DNA of 64,000 nucleotides from Lophium mytilinum (lineage: Eukaryota). Each line of letters begins with the position of its first letter. Position 1 is the stretch's first letter. The translations under genes and the position numbers were made by a program. The notes under the pieces were generated by a model. That model was not told the DNA's origin. It did not search any database and saw only the letters and a list, made by a program, of their open reading frames with translations. Below are positions 24,867-38,750 of this stretch, piece by piece. The DNA lies in assembly GCA_010093605.1 (NCBI GenBank), contig MU004182.1, forward strand, positions 963,032-1,027,031. The letters are read 5' to 3'.

Positions 24867-27800
24867 GGGTGCCCCTGGGGAGCCCGTGAACTAGCCCGTT
24901 GGGCCTCGCGAGGTCCGTGCCGTTGTCGACCACCGTTTGAAGTGCTCGGGTTGCTTTTCAAGTCTTGACGAGACGTGCTTGAACCGATCTCTACAAGCTC
25001 GCCGGGCTACTTCAGACGGCGCCATTTGGTTGTGAGTGCGCTTCCGGGTTCCAAGACTCGTCACCCACGAACTCCCGGCTGCCGGGTGCCCCTGGCCTGA
25101 ATCCTTCGGTCCGTTGTATTGGGTGTTAATAAGGCTGGTGGCCGCCGGCTGCTCGATGACTACTGCCACTGTGCTCCCCCAGGCCGGAACATGGATGCAC
25201 TGCGGTTTGGGCTTCTGTGGTGCAACCCGCTCGCAGACGCATCAGTATTGCGTGCCACGGCGTGCTCTGCAGATGTAACTCCCCTCTCCAACCCAGCAGT
25301 CCGGCATGTGAAGTCCTCATATCTGACCGATTGGTATATAGCGATCTAGAGGCATTCGGAGCACGTCGCAAGTCGAAGCGAGGAAAACGCCCTCAAGCGC
25401 TTCTAGAGCGGCGCCAGCGCTGGGCGGATCGACTGGACGCCGCCTTGCGCCTCTAGCTCTCAGTAGGACCGTTATCACACCGGCCGTGGAGTGCAGGGAC
25501 CACGCGTTTCAAGCCATCTGACACTTTGGACTTTGGTCGGCGACCCCTCCACCGTAGCGCTGCGAGTAAAGTTTCCCTTCACCCTGTCCCGACGGATGAC
25601 CTGCTCGTGAAAGACAGAAGGCTCTCGGCTGCCTCTGGCCGCAGATGGGACGGAGCCGGCGTTGGGGGCTATCTTCGTGGGGTGCTAGTTTCGCGTACAT
25701 AAAGATCCCGTTACATTGATTCCCGAATCCGTCGGGAGTTACTGCATCTCGTGTGAATCAATACTCTCGTAACCATGTGGCCGTGGTGGCAGGGCCTGTG
25801 GCGGGTACTGTAGAATTGGCGCTCGTATGGGGGAGGGCTGTGGCGGTGCGCTGCAAGCACCGCCCCAATAGAGGGCCTAAATATACGATAGGGCCAGCAG
25901 ATCTTACCAATGGGCCGTGCTGTGGCGCCCAGGAACATGCGGCCGGTTTTCAAGCAAATGATATGCGTGATCTGAGATGGCTCGCACGGCCACATGGGTC
26001 CAGTCATCCCTGAATTGCTTGGCCTGCACCCCTCCCCTGCCCACTTGACTCTGCTTTTTGTCAAGGGCGGCATGTCCCGCGCTGCAATGGTGGCCGCTGC
26101 GATTGCCCTGCGAATGAGACGCAACAACTGTAGGCAGACAATTGCGGTTGCGGCCTAACGAACTCTCTCCTGAGTAACAGCAAATTTGGAGTTATGCAGG
26201 AGGCCGGCATGTCTCGCAGTGAGTCGAGCACATGCTGCTGCCCGCGCTGATTGGCGATGCTCCTGGACGAGAGATGTACCGGAGCGCAAGGGCGAGTCGT
26301 TGGCGATAATCTTAGCAGTAAGCGCGGAGTAATGCCCCGCCGCCAACATTTCAAAGATGCTCCCCCACCCAACGTCTGCTGCTCTCAGGGGCTCGATGGC
26401 GATAATCACACTGTCTGAGACACACGATACGGAGGCATTGGAGCATGTGCTGCCACATGGACGCAGGAGGCATGTCACTGATGGAGCCGGCGTGGTGAAG
26501 CCCGAAGACTGCGGTCGCGACCTCTGCTGCCCTGGCAGTTCGCTTCACCATGTCGACTTGTGCCCACGACCGGTCGAGTTCTGTGATACCAGGGACCCCG
26601 ATTTGACGTGCTGCGTGGTGCGAGCCGCTTCTGGAAGTTCGCAGAGGTGCGACAATGGCAGGATTGCAGCGAGCGCATGGCGCGCCGGCAGCCACGACGA
26701 CGGGAGATCCGCAGGGAGCGCCTCTTGGGAGAGTACCAATATTGCGGACCAGGACGCCAGGAATGCTGCTGGAACCGGCGTGCCAATGGTGTTGGTGAGA
26801 GCGGAAGCACAGCAGCGGTCTCATGTCCGTATCGTGTCACTGGCCTCTGGGGACTGCAGATGAGCGGCTTGGGTCAAATTACCCACGATCCTCGACATGA
26901 ATTGGTCCCACCCATGACCCTCGTCGCCGGCGAGTGCGATAAAGCAGAGTGACGACGGGAACCACGGTTGATGCATGAGGGTATCGCATCGCAAGCGACG
27001 CTGGTTCACGTCGCCGGCGTCCAGAGGCATGCAGACGACGGGACCGTCTAGATCGGCGAGGCCGCAAAGGCAGAGTCGCGCGGCGGTGACACCGTCTTAC
27101 CCCCGCAAAAGGTGTGGGTGGTGTGGGCGGGGTGGTCCCAGGGAGTGGATTGGCTTGAATCCTTCCCGCAGCCAAGGCAGTGTTCACTGGCTCTGGGCTC
27201 GCGCTCTCACAGGGGCCGGGGAGGAAAGATGCCAGGGTGAGCGAGACGACGACTGATGAAGCGCCGTCGATGCGGCTCCGTCATGTCGCGAGCCTTGTTG
27301 CAGGATGCGGCCAGCACGAGGACAGCGGGTGACGGCGGCATTCACCGGGCCGCCCAATCGAGCGGCTCGTCTCTGTGCGATGTCTCTAGCATTGAGACAG
27401 GAGAAGGATACACGATAACACACCTGACCATGGATTTACGCAAACCTACTCAAACAAATCGCGAAGGGCCTAAAAGAAGAGCCGGTGTGTGAAGCAATTG
27501 ACCAGGCTGGACAGGAGGTGTAGGACGTTTCACCGCCCGCCTTTGGGCAAAGGCGGCCATTTCGATGCGAGACGGCTCCTGGCGCACGGTGAGCAGGAAA
27601 CAAGCTTCGCCGGCGCTACTCCGCACGCAGACGATTGCAAAGTCAGGGTCCAGTCCCTCCCGGGCCGTGGACGGCTTGCCGAAGAGGGGCCCGATGTGCT
27701 GGCATCGAGACGGGACAACCTGGCGAGTTGTGGTGATTGCCGATGCATAAATCCAAGAATCCAAGAGCCTAAGAATCCAAGAGACGGCACGCCAGCCCAG

Positions 27801-28784
27801 AGATCGGGCCAGAATCACAGGATCGGTGCACGCGGATCCTGATGCGCGAAGGCACTCGGGACGTGGGAAGAGATAGGCCCGCCGGCTCCTCAACCTAGAA
27901 TCCCAGCCCGTTGATTCGTTCCGCGGATGCGTGATAGGGTTGGCTTCTGGATGGCAGATTCCGTGAGGGGATACCCGGCTTTCAGCGCGCCACCAAAACT
28001 CAACCATGGAGCCTTCGCCTAAAGAGGATCGCAATAGACGCAGAGACACCGAAAGCGACAGCCATGTGACAGATTGTCAATCTACTGCTGCATGTCCATT
28101 CCTTTCCAGGACTCTGCCTTCAAGGGAGTCGGTCCTTCTGGATCTAGCTTCTCAACTGCTTCTTCCACGACTAGCGACGCTCGCGTCACGCATTTCTTAT
28201 TGCATTTGATTCCGCGATTCTGACGGCAAGATGGCGGCCTACAGTGTTGATAGCGAAAATGCAGGCACAACTTTCTTCACAATTTTAGCGGGTGCACAGA
28301 CCTCCAAGACTTGAAGGATATGGCCTATATACTAAACTTTACATTACGCCTTGGGCTTCCCTAAACAGACTAGATGACTTCAGACAATTCAAACAACTAT
28401 GAAGAACCCTCGAACTTAATTTCAATAGCACTATTCCCGCAGGTATAAGCAATGCTACATTACTCGTTCTTCACGAAGTCATATTTGTTGCGTTATGTCC
28501 CGACGTTCGCCACTGTTTGATTAAGAGAGCTTCGGAGGGTAATAGAGAGTACTGGTTCGTGGCGGCTTACATGCAGCCAGTTTGATGATGTAACAAACCC
28601 AATATCACGTCTATATTTCTCTCGGGCCATTAGAGCACTTTCAAGGTTCCGACCGCGCTGCATAGCGAACCTTGAAGAATTGTGCATGCCAAGCAGGGCA
28701 AGTCGACCAAATCCGGTCCGTCTAGAATACCTACATCGCCGACCACTCTGAAGGCGAAACGATTGCAGCAACAATTGGCAACAT

Positions 28785-29704
28785 CTAGACATTCTCAACC
28801 TCCTCTCGCCAACCCCAGCCATGGCCAGCATCTGGATCCAGTCTCGTCATCCCAGCGGCCTCACAGATGCAGATCACGGCCTCCCGCACCGCCCGCACCT
28901 CCTCCACGGTAGCTCCGCTGTTCAAAGCTCCTCTCAGATGGCCTTTCAACTGCGGATTGACCTGCCCACATCGGCCCATCAGCGGCGCTCTGGGCCCTTG
29001 AGAATGTGCTTCAACCTACATCTTGCGGGATCAACCCTGCCAGCATCACAAAGCTAGTCTCGACTGCCGTCAAGACGCTCTCGTTACTGAGCACATAGCC
29101 ATAGAGCAGCCGCGCGACCACGCCCAGATCTTCCGTGCCCGACCCGTCCATCTGCCCCATCACCCGCGTGCTCACCTTGCCGTAGACGTGCTCAAAGTAC
29201 GTCTGGCCGCGCAGTAGGATCTCCGCGGTGGGCGTGGAGTAGACCTCTGCGGGACGCGCGCTGGGCGACGCTCCCGTTGGCTCGTCGAGAAGCGATGCCG
29301 GCGTCGCATCCTTCAGCGCATAGAGCGCATTGATAGTCTGTTGATTTCTCCTCCTTCAGAGAAAGCTCTACATCGCGCGGGATGGGGAGGGGAGGTGATT
29401 TGAGTAGCCATTACGTGCGCACCTTTGGCATTCCCACGACCGCCAGCGACTTGATTAACCCTTCCCGTAGCTTACGCGCGATGCGCAACTGCTCAGCGTG
29501 CACCGGCGGGCCGCGCTCCCTAGAACCTACCCCATGCTCGATCGCGGACGTAAAGATTTTGGGAATCTCTTCTGGCCGGTTGATGGCCGACAGCGTGACC
29601 CCAGCAACGATGTACCACGCGTGCGCGGGGAGCTGCGCATTGTCCCGGAGGGATGCGAGCAGGGACGGTGAGACGACGGCTGGTAATTGCTGCGGTGGAG
29701 ACAT
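28785..29704 (-). CDS. AhpD/carboxymuconolactone decarboxylase-like protein (Pxp2-like)
   Basis: Three exons: WYIVAGVTLSAINRPEEIP...LREGLIKSLAVVGMPK / TINAL...RGQTYFEHVYG...LIPQD / VNPQLKGHLRGALNSGATVEEV. Confidence 0.8.
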
Positions 29705-30872
29705 TGCAAATTTTATGACTCTCTGCGTCCCACGGGCAGAAGAGTTGATTGATGTGACTTCCTACTCCGTACTGGACTCCATCATCCTTTCCTCGCGCTA
29801 GAATGGGCCCTAGGCTTTCGCCTATTTCATAGGGCTAGAAAGCCAGGTCTGTCCCGTCTTTGGAAACCTCGCCGCTCGTATAGAAGTATGACTAGGTTAC
29901 TGTGTCCCTGTATTTCCTCATCACATAATTGTGAACACCCGCTGTACAGGGAGTCGCCTTAGTGGCATGGCTTGGAAAGGGTCGAGCTTCGGTATTCATA
30001 CTAGCGGCTCTGCAGCTTACATGGCGACTAGCAGCGCGGTAGAGTTGACACGTTAGGTACTTAGGTACCCCGGGGGTCTTGGCCAAGTCGGCGACTTTAT
30101 AATTTGAAGTTCTATTTAGGACTCACCGGTACCTTATAAATCATACGCTTGAAATGTTTTACCTACGCTCTGGTGGACCACCCTGGAAAAGTTCAACCAT
30201 TGGTCCTGCATGCTTGAAATCAAGTAAAACAGTACTTTCAAACTGAAGCCCCTGGTAGTGTTTGGGGCTTTGCGAGCTGATTTATTCAGGAGATGAGATG
30301 ACGATATGCACTTGACAGGATCTAAGATTATAACGATCAGGCATGAGAGCAACAGATGAGACAACGACGGCAAAAACCTTTCAATTTCTGATCATTTAGG
30401 GGCAAGGGGCATGGTCAGTATAGTGGTTCGCACACGTAAGCATCATGAACGCCGCCCCCAAAGATGAGTAAAGATCCATGGAATCGAATGACTTTCATCG
30501 CTCCTATATCACCAACAAGGCCATGGGATTTGTAAGTTGCCGGAAGCAGGCATCGTGAACCTAGCGTGCTCACGGTATCTCTCTACCATCTGCCTTTGCC
30601 GCCACCGTGGCGGTTCTTACGCAATTTGCTGACTAGACTCAGTGATGTTCTCAAGCACATCAATAGAAAGCCCAGTCAAAGGGAGCTGTGCAGTCAAGGC
30701 TATCGCCACTAGTTCATCATTCGTGTTTCTAGCACCAACCTTAGGCTGGACACACCGACTTCCCAACCGGACTACCTCGTCATATCGCCTTCGTGAGATG
30801 CCATATAGTCCTCCGCCTACACACGCCGAATATGCCAAACGCCGAGAAATGCCTATTCATATCCCGTAATCT

Positions 30873-32469
30873 TCACGAGAAGCCACCGAGCCCTTGACCT
30901 AGCCTTCGCAAAGTGCCACCGAAGCCTTCGCCCCTATCCATATTCTTCTCCATGTCGACCTTTGGGGCGCGCACCTCCATACCGGCGTTCTGCATGTTCA
31001 AACGGGTCAAACGAAGACGGAGCGTGTGGTCGTAGTTCTGAGCCATCTTGAGAGCATCAGAGTGGACTACGTGGCGAGGGTTCTTGGCTGGGGAGATAAG
31101 AAGCCCTTCCACGAGATCGATGCGAGCGTTCAGGATTCCACCGGTTATCATTGATGTCAGTTCGTCCTCGATGGGATATCCTTCGTCTTTTACTTGGAAC
31201 TTCTTGGCCATTTCGTCAAGTGACACGCAGCTGAAAGGCTTGAAGTATTGCACAATACTCTTGGTCCGGATACGGTGGTAGATGTCCGTTACAACTGGGC
31301 CCAGATAGATGTCTAAGAGATAGTCGGCGCGGTACTCCTCTAGTATCTGAAGGCATGCGCTGTATTTGGAGCTGCAGAAGGCTGATATGGCACGTCGGAT
31401 GTGGGGTTCCAGCTCCAGAAATTGTCGGAAGTCAGTATCAGAGAGAACGCGTTCTTGCAGCTCCGTCCTATCCATAGATGCGAGCGCACAGAGACCACCA
31501 TAGACAGCGACATCGTTTCCGGTGAGAACTTCTTTGTGGAAATTGATTGCTGCAACAGGTTCCGAGGTGATGAATGATGGTGAAACGTTCAAAAAGACGC
31601 GAGCGGCGTCGCGGAAGTTGTTACCGCACATGTGGGTTAGTCCCATGCAGGCGTTTATGACAGGTTCGAGCTTTCCCCTCTCCTCGTTTTTGGCGACCTG
31701 CGCGTCGACTTTGGTAGCATGTGATTGCGCGCCGAGCCAGTTCCGCTGAGCAATGGCGACGAACGTGAGGCGCATCGTCATGTCGGTCAGATGCTTGGCT
31801 GAGGTGCAGTGTTCGCGCATGCGGAAGTATGACTTGAATGCGTTGCCCAGGTCGCCGATTTGGTAATAGAAGTGGCCCAGGTCTTCATTGCCCATCTATC
31901 AAACCCGGAATTGTTAGCTTGTATATCCATAGTGACAAGCAACGATTGAAAAAAGTCACGATCTTACCCGTATACTCTCCTTAATGAGGTTGTTCTTGTA
32001 CGCCTTGAGCTCCCCTTCGAGCTGTTCCTGCTTCAGCTTATTGGCTTTGAAGGTTCTCTCGGCCCACTCCACGTCTGGTGTGGCCAAGGGGTCTTCGCGG
32101 GAGATGGATTGTAGGAGCTCGGTGAGGGAGAGGTAGAGGTTCTCGTCCGCGCCTTGTTTGGCTTCTGTGATGGCCATTCGCAAGGCATCTACGGCGAGGT
32201 AGCTCGAGTACATGGCAATGTGCTCTAGACGCTTGAGACGTGTCCGGCCTGGGAATTGACGTGTCAGAGAGTAGCTGGAATCTGGATGGGAAAGGTGGTC
32301 GCATACCCTCATAGTTGGCAATGTAACTCTCCAAGTCGAATTTTGGTGGGTCTATAAGATGAGCATGACGTTGAAGATTATTAGGATCAGGAAGCGGACC
32401 TTTGACGATGAGCAGATTCTTCTCCTTCCGGTCGAGGAAGTAAGGGGCCTGCTCTACGGTGGTAGCCAT
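30873..32469 (-). CDS. CSN1: COP9 signalosome subunit 1
   Basis: PKFDLESYIANYEGRTR, ELKAYKNNLIKESIR/MGNEDLG, YGGLCALASMDR, FLELEPH, C-terminal PCI region; three introns. Confidence 0.95.
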
Positions 32470-32598
32470 GATGAGTGTATGTGGTGGAGGAGGAGAGGGA
32501 GAGGCTGAGGGCGTGGTGTTGATGTTGAGATCGAGAGAGCTTGAGCTTGGTGGTGAGGCTGGTGCCTGCTCCGGAACGCGGGGTCCAATTCACCGCCA

Positions 32599-32640
32599 CG
32601 CGACGACGCATCTGACCGCGACGACGCATCTGACCGCGAC
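32599..32640 (+). repeat. 18-bp tandem repeat (2.3 copies) upstream of CSN1
   Basis: cgcgacgacgcatctgac x2 plus cgcgac. Confidence 0.85.
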
Positions 32641-33991
32641 CAAACACCATCAACGCTGATCTATAATTTCGTCCTTTTGAGGCTTCCCATGGCCTAGGAA
32701 CGCTTTACTAGATCTATCTACGCTTCTTCTCCACTTAAAATCAGACCGCAATTGCAAGGAGGCTACCCAGGTAAATCGAACCGTTCGTCAACCTTCCTTA
32801 GTTACAATACGGGATCCTGCATCTCCTTCTCAAACTTTGAAAATTACCACGTTTGTACTGTTCAAGAGATTGAGCCCAATTCCTTCACTTTTATGCGTGA
32901 AGTTTTCAACAACAGCTGGTTTGCGATGCATATGCAGAGTTCCTCGCGATTTTTTATATTGGCGACTGCACCACCTAGCACACGAGCTATAAAGACCACC
33001 AGCATGACCATTTAACAAAGAGTCCAAGAGAGACCCCTAAAGGAACGGACATGCAAAGTCTTGATAGACGTGCTAGCATAAGGCCCAGCGCAGTGGTAAA
33101 AAGTTGATAAAAGCCTTAGTTGCCCAAAATGTGCATCACGATATGGACATCTACACCCTCATCATTCTACCTCTTCATCTTCCATCTCTTCATCTGCTCG
33201 TAGTTTCGGATACATAAACATCAGGAGGAAAACGCACTTCGTAGATGTTTCTACTACCGTGAGAGGTATTCGGCTACATCAAGTGAAAGCCCGCGCCCAG
33301 AGTCCAGGCACCGTACCTCGCGAGGTGGGTTTACCGCCGTCGACAATCCTGGCCTGGGTATCAGGTTCGAATTCCCATCACGATCCTTGTGTTCAAGAGG
33401 TCGTAATTCTATCAGTGTTGACTTCGGCCGGTTTGAACGTAGAGAGTCTTGGAAGCCTAATGAAATAGATGTATGCGTTGGTGCATGAGGGTGAGAGTGG
33501 CCCGTAAAGATCGGAGTGAAAAATAGCGGACTCAGAGAAACTCCTCGAGGTAATTGGACCCTCCGAAGGGGGCAGTATTTTACTCCTTGTATGTTCTTCT
33601 TTTGCTCTAAGCTTATTCCATGCAGAGGTGAGAGAAGCCTACGCATATAGGTAATTCATGCTAAAGGCCGTCTGGAAGTACTATCTAGTCAAGGTTAGGG
33701 CATGTTTGGAGATGAGAGCGCGTCGTTTGAAGGCATTCTAGCAGGCGTGACATGTCTAATAGCGCACTACAAGATCACTGAGCTGATCGATAAGTTTCAT
33801 GGAGGTTATCCGTTCGTGTGTAAGAATAAACCCTATCTCCCAATCTACCCCGAGACCTTCTTACCGCTTCCCAGTATCTCTAGAAATATAACAGAACCTC
33901 CCCTTCTATTTCCCGACCTTCTAGCTCGCTTCTTAGTACCTTTAGAGATGTAACCGACCCTCCCATCTAAATCCTAGTCCTCTATCTCGCT

Positions 33992-35076
33992 TCACTGCAC
34001 AACACACCAGCCACCATCTGTCAAGACCTTCCATATCTCCTCAACTCCCCTCTTTACAAGGCCCCTCGAATCCTCCTTCTTTCCCACAAGGCTCACAACC
34101 GGGCAAGCCGGCACCACACCCTTCTCATACGCCTCCTCTATCTCCCTCTCATAGCCTAGCCACTTCCCCACCGCAGCCTCCATACTCCCCACCCTTCCCA
34201 GCCGCGCCAACGATGTCGGGTTCAGCGCGCCAAGTGCAGCCTTGAGCCACACCTGTGCCTCTGTCGCCAGCTCCGGATGGCGGAAAGAGACGAAGTCCCT
34301 TGCGACGATGTCCTGAAGCTTGTTCGCCTCGAACGCGGCACGGATCTCCACCATAGGCGCCAGGCTCAAGTTTACCGAGCTCAGGTAGTCGCAGAGGGTC
34401 GACTTGAGGTGAGAGAGGATTGGGCCGGGCCATATGTCGTGCGGAGAGTCGAGCTGGAATTCAGTCCAGGTGATGTAACCGCCGGGCTCTGGGGTTGGTG
34501 TTAGTCAGTGCTCATGAACAGAGGTTCGTATCTCGTGGACGTACTCAGCACAGCAAGGAGATTCTTTGCGACAGTTGCATATTGCTCTTTGGGAATGGCG
34601 CCGAAGACGAGGCGGACGTTCACGACGTCGTAGCGGTTGTGGTATTGGGTAGGGAATGGGGTAGTCATGTTGTGCACTACGAAGTTGAAGCCGGGTTTGA
34701 CTTCTGTGGGGAACTGTAGAGCTGAGATATCGAAGCCTATGAATTCGAACTGGGTGTCTGCGAGGGCTGAGGTGGTGAGCTCGTCGGCGAAGTCGGCGAG
34801 CCAGATTCTGGAGGATGTCAATATGTATGATTGAGACCTCCGAAGTATTAGAGACTACGCACCCGGTGCCCGTGGCGATATCAGCCACAGAGCGAATGCC
34901 ATGACGAGGGATGGAAGGGTCCAGAAGGTAGTTGTCGCAGGACTTAACGATTAGCTGGTGCTGGGCGTTAAGTCTAGCGAGGTTAGCTCAACATAGATAT
35001 GCGGAGTATGAAAGCGTCACCTCTGTGATTCTCTGTCGTCTCTGGCCAGCGGGTAGATGTCATCGTGTTCATCCAT
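33992..35076 (-). CDS. Class I SAM-dependent methyltransferase (LaeA-like family)
   Basis: MDEHDDIYPLARDDRESQR/LNAQH..VADIATGTG/IWL..GFDIS..YDVVNVR..L/KPGGYITWTE; three introns. Confidence 0.88.
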
Positions 35077-36581
35077 CTTGAGGATCTCGTTGTGGCTTGG
35101 AAGAACCTGGGTTGAGGTTGAGGACGTTCTATGGAGTTGATATTGATATAGAGAAGATAGAAGTAGAGCTCACAGTGAAAATAATATACCACCTCACACT
35201 GATATTGATCAAGTGCGTATATAAATGACATGCTCCTCCTTCTAAGGTATAGTGAAGGGGAGACACCAATACAGAACTTTTAAGGCGCAGTATTTGTGCC
35301 TTGCTTCGTGGCAAAGCCACCAACTCCCCGACGACGACCAGTGATTCGGCCATATAGCGAAAGCACTGGTGGAATACTACTGTCGTCTTCATCACGATGA
35401 CTGTGCGGGAGGTGACGACAATCCGCGCGCATACTCAGCCTCAATTGAGAACGCCGACTTTTTGCAGGATTACCTGCGAGAGCTAGATGCTACAGGGCTA
35501 GATAATAGACTAGTAGAAATAGCTAGGAAAAGGTTGAAAAGAGATTTAGTAGCGTCTACCGCTGGCAACGGTAGATGATGGAGTACGAAGGAGGATGTAC
35601 AGCAACTTAAACAGAGCTTATAAAAGCGTGGGACCATATCAAGCGACGTTATATGGGCACTATCGCTAGCTCTAAAGCTCTAGATTTTTAAGGATGGCAA
35701 AGACCATAATGGTGTTTTGATTGAAACTGCGCACGAGATAGCCCCAAACGGTCTAGCAGGCCGCCGCACGCTAGCCGCTTATTTCCTGTTCATGTGCAGG
35801 ACAGGTTGCAGTCATTAACGCGACTGTCGTTTGATTGTTATTACAGATAGAGTTAGCTAGGTAGCTTGTAAGACGCAGATGACCGGGCGAGTGAACAGAA
35901 GGAAAGAAATCCAATTCGAAGGAGCGAAGAAGTATGAAAGGGGTGTGCGACGATACGGTGTTGAGTACTCGAATGTAGATCTAAGTAAGGGCCGGAAGTT
36001 TGTTTAGGTGGCGCCGGTTCCTTTTGCTCTCGACTTGGATCGTTCAACTCCAAATAGACACTGAGTCGTCGTCTTCGCGCACGCCGAAGATGCTTCGCCG
36101 TATCGCTACATAAGTCGGTGTGTTGGAAAAAGAATGAGCAACCTCTACGATCGAGTTTGCAATCAGCCTGGGGCGGTTTTATCAGTCCCAATCATTTTCG
36201 TTTCGGTCGGTTCAGTGTCTTAAAAAGATATAGATCTATCGGGTTAACGTCCCTACGCATTTCCACTCTCTCGGGCATGGCTACTGAGATCAGCTCCCGT
36301 GGATGGTGAGGTTAGTGGAAGCATGTTACCGATGTGGGAGTATCCGTAGCTTGAAAGGTTACAGCCGCGCGGTCTAAGAGTTTACTTAGGCGACGTTAGA
36401 CAGTCGGCGTAGCACCCGGCAAGATATGAAACATCCTATGAATCTAGATATCAAGGGGGACTGAGTCTTACCAACTTTTATTTAGGATATCAAGACCGTT
36501 CAGCCCCAAGCCGCCCCGAAAGGAACCTATCTAAAGAACTCCGAAATCATTCCAACATCCCCCATCGCTATCGCGATCAAA

Positions 36582-38404
36582 TTAATTTCTCAGGAACATC
36601 TTGTACGCCGCGCTATTTGTCTCCTCAGTAAACGGATACCTGATTTCCTTCAGAAATCTGCTTAGATGCTCTTCATCCGCAGTAGGGCATTGGATCCCCG
36701 CTAGAACTCTCGCCACATCGCCGCCGTAGTTCCGGTAGTGGAAGAGGCTGATGTTCATGCCAGGCTGCAAAGTCGTCAGGAACCTGTATAGCGCGCCCTG
36801 TCGCTCGGGGAACTCGAAGGTGTATAGTCGTTCATCAGAGACGCCACTGCGGCCACCGACGAGATACCGAATGTGTGATTTTGCGAGTTCGTCGCCGGAG
36901 AGGTCGGTTGCTGTCATGTTGTCGGAGCCCAGGCGGTGGATAAGGTCCGCGAGGTCGACGGCCCGGGACGCAGCGTTTAGTGAGACACCGACGAGAATGT
37001 TGGCGGCATCGGCTGAGGAGTAGCGGTAGGAGAACTCGGTGACTTGCATTGGGTGAATGGCTTTGACTAACGCGGAAAATGCTCCAGGACGTTCGGGGAT
37101 GGTAACAGAGAGGAGAGCCTCCTTGTTCTCACCCAGTGCAGCACGCTCAGCAACGAACCGTAGGCGGTCAAAGTTCATGTTTGCGCCGGATGCGATAGCT
37201 ATGAGACCACGAGAAGAGTTGGGTGATGGATTCCGGGCGACGTATTTCTTGAGTCCGGCTAAGGAGAGTGCGCCGGCTGGCTCGACGACGGAACGGGTGT
37301 CTTCAAAGATATCTTTGATGGCAGCACATGTTTCGTCCGTAGTGACTTGGATGACTTCGTCGACGACTTCTTGGCAGATACGGAAGGTCTCTTCTCCAAC
37401 AGTCTTGACTGCTGCACCATCAGCAAAGAGGCCAACATCTTTCAATACCACCCTCCGGCCTTCATGCAGAGACTGTACCAGTGCATTGGCGTCGTACGTC
37501 TCAACTCCGATGATCTTGACGTGCGGCGCTATGCGCTTGATGTAGACACCAATGCCAGCGATGAGGCCCCCTCCTCCTACGCAGCAGAACACTGCCTCTA
37601 GATCCTGGAGGTTGGTTTGACGTAGAAGCTCCATGCCGATGGTCCCCTGGCCCGCAATGACATAGGGGTCATCAAAAGGCGGAATGTTCACAAGGCCGTG
37701 TAACTTCTGAAGCCGGTGGCACTCCTCTTTTGCTGCGTCGAAGTCATCGCCATGAAGAACGACTGATCCTCCAAGTCGCGATACGTTGCGATGTTTTATG
37801 TCTGGTGTACCAGAAGGCATCACGATAGTGGCTGGGATCTTGAGTTTCCTGGCGGAATATGCTACACCTTGTGCATGATTCCCTGCTTTCAATCAGCTCG
37901 TTGATCACCAAGAGCCTTGAACCTCAAGTATACCTGCAGAGCACGCGACAACGCCCTTCCACCGATCCTTCGAGTCCAAATGTGCCATCTTATTGTACGC
38001 CCCCCTCAGCTTGAAGCTAAACACCGGCTGTAGGTCCTCCCGCTTCAACAAGACCTGGCACTCCAGGCGATTGCTCAGGTTCGTCGCATGAGTCAACGGC
38101 GTCTCTTTCACGACTTCGTAGACGCGCGAGGTAAGGATCAGTCGCAAATACTGCTCGCCAGTCAGACAACCTCCACGAAGCTGCACAGCAGCGAGAACAG
38201 CCAAGTAGGTACATCTGGATAGCCATTGGGCAGCAGGAAAGCCTCTGGGACACCCGGCGCGGATTTTGGATGCGGTGACTCGGACGGTGGGGATGGGTTC
38301 GCCGTGTATTCAGTCAGCGCAAGGCCAGTTGGACGGGGCGTACGAGGAGTCGCAACGCCATTGCTGCTGCTGTCTGGCGTCGTGGGTCGCGAGTAGTCTG
38401 CCAT
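36582..38404 (-). CDS. ILV1: Biosynthetic threonine dehydratase
   Basis: [20 protein letters not shown] (PLP lysine), [29 protein letters not shown], two regulatory repeats ([16 protein letters not shown]); two introns. Confidence 0.96.
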
Positions 38405-38750
38405 GGTAGCAATTGATGTTGAGGTTGTGTGTATTTACTCAAAAGTTTTGCATATGAAGTCACCGCCACTCGCGGCATCGGTCCGCAGGCCGCGCGGAAA
38501 AGCGCGGTCCGAAGCTACCCCCGCCATCATTTGCTCCTTTGTAAACAAACACAGATTTCTGGAAACTAACTACCCCTCCGAAAATGAACGTTTGTAGCGC
38601 AGCTTCATGGGGGCCATTTCCTGCCACACCTGTTAGGCTGTGTCACAAAACGGTAATATTTTAGTAGAGAAAGATTGAGACTGAGTCGATTTCCCGTAAT
38701 GCCATTACTACCTAGGTATAGCCCCTTGTGCCTCTATTAGGACAGCAAGG

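Noticed and set aside
23342..28270. Many 60-313 aa ORFs
   Set aside because: Expected in GC-rich DNA; Arg/Pro/Gly/Ala-rich with no domain or consistent exon structure.
32700..33650. Possible degraded gene on the minus strand
   Set aside because: Coding-like fragments with stops but no family I can name; needs BLASTX.
35369..35770. Possible pseudogene fragment (ADFLQDYLRELD...)
   Set aside because: Short, interrupted and without identifiable homology.
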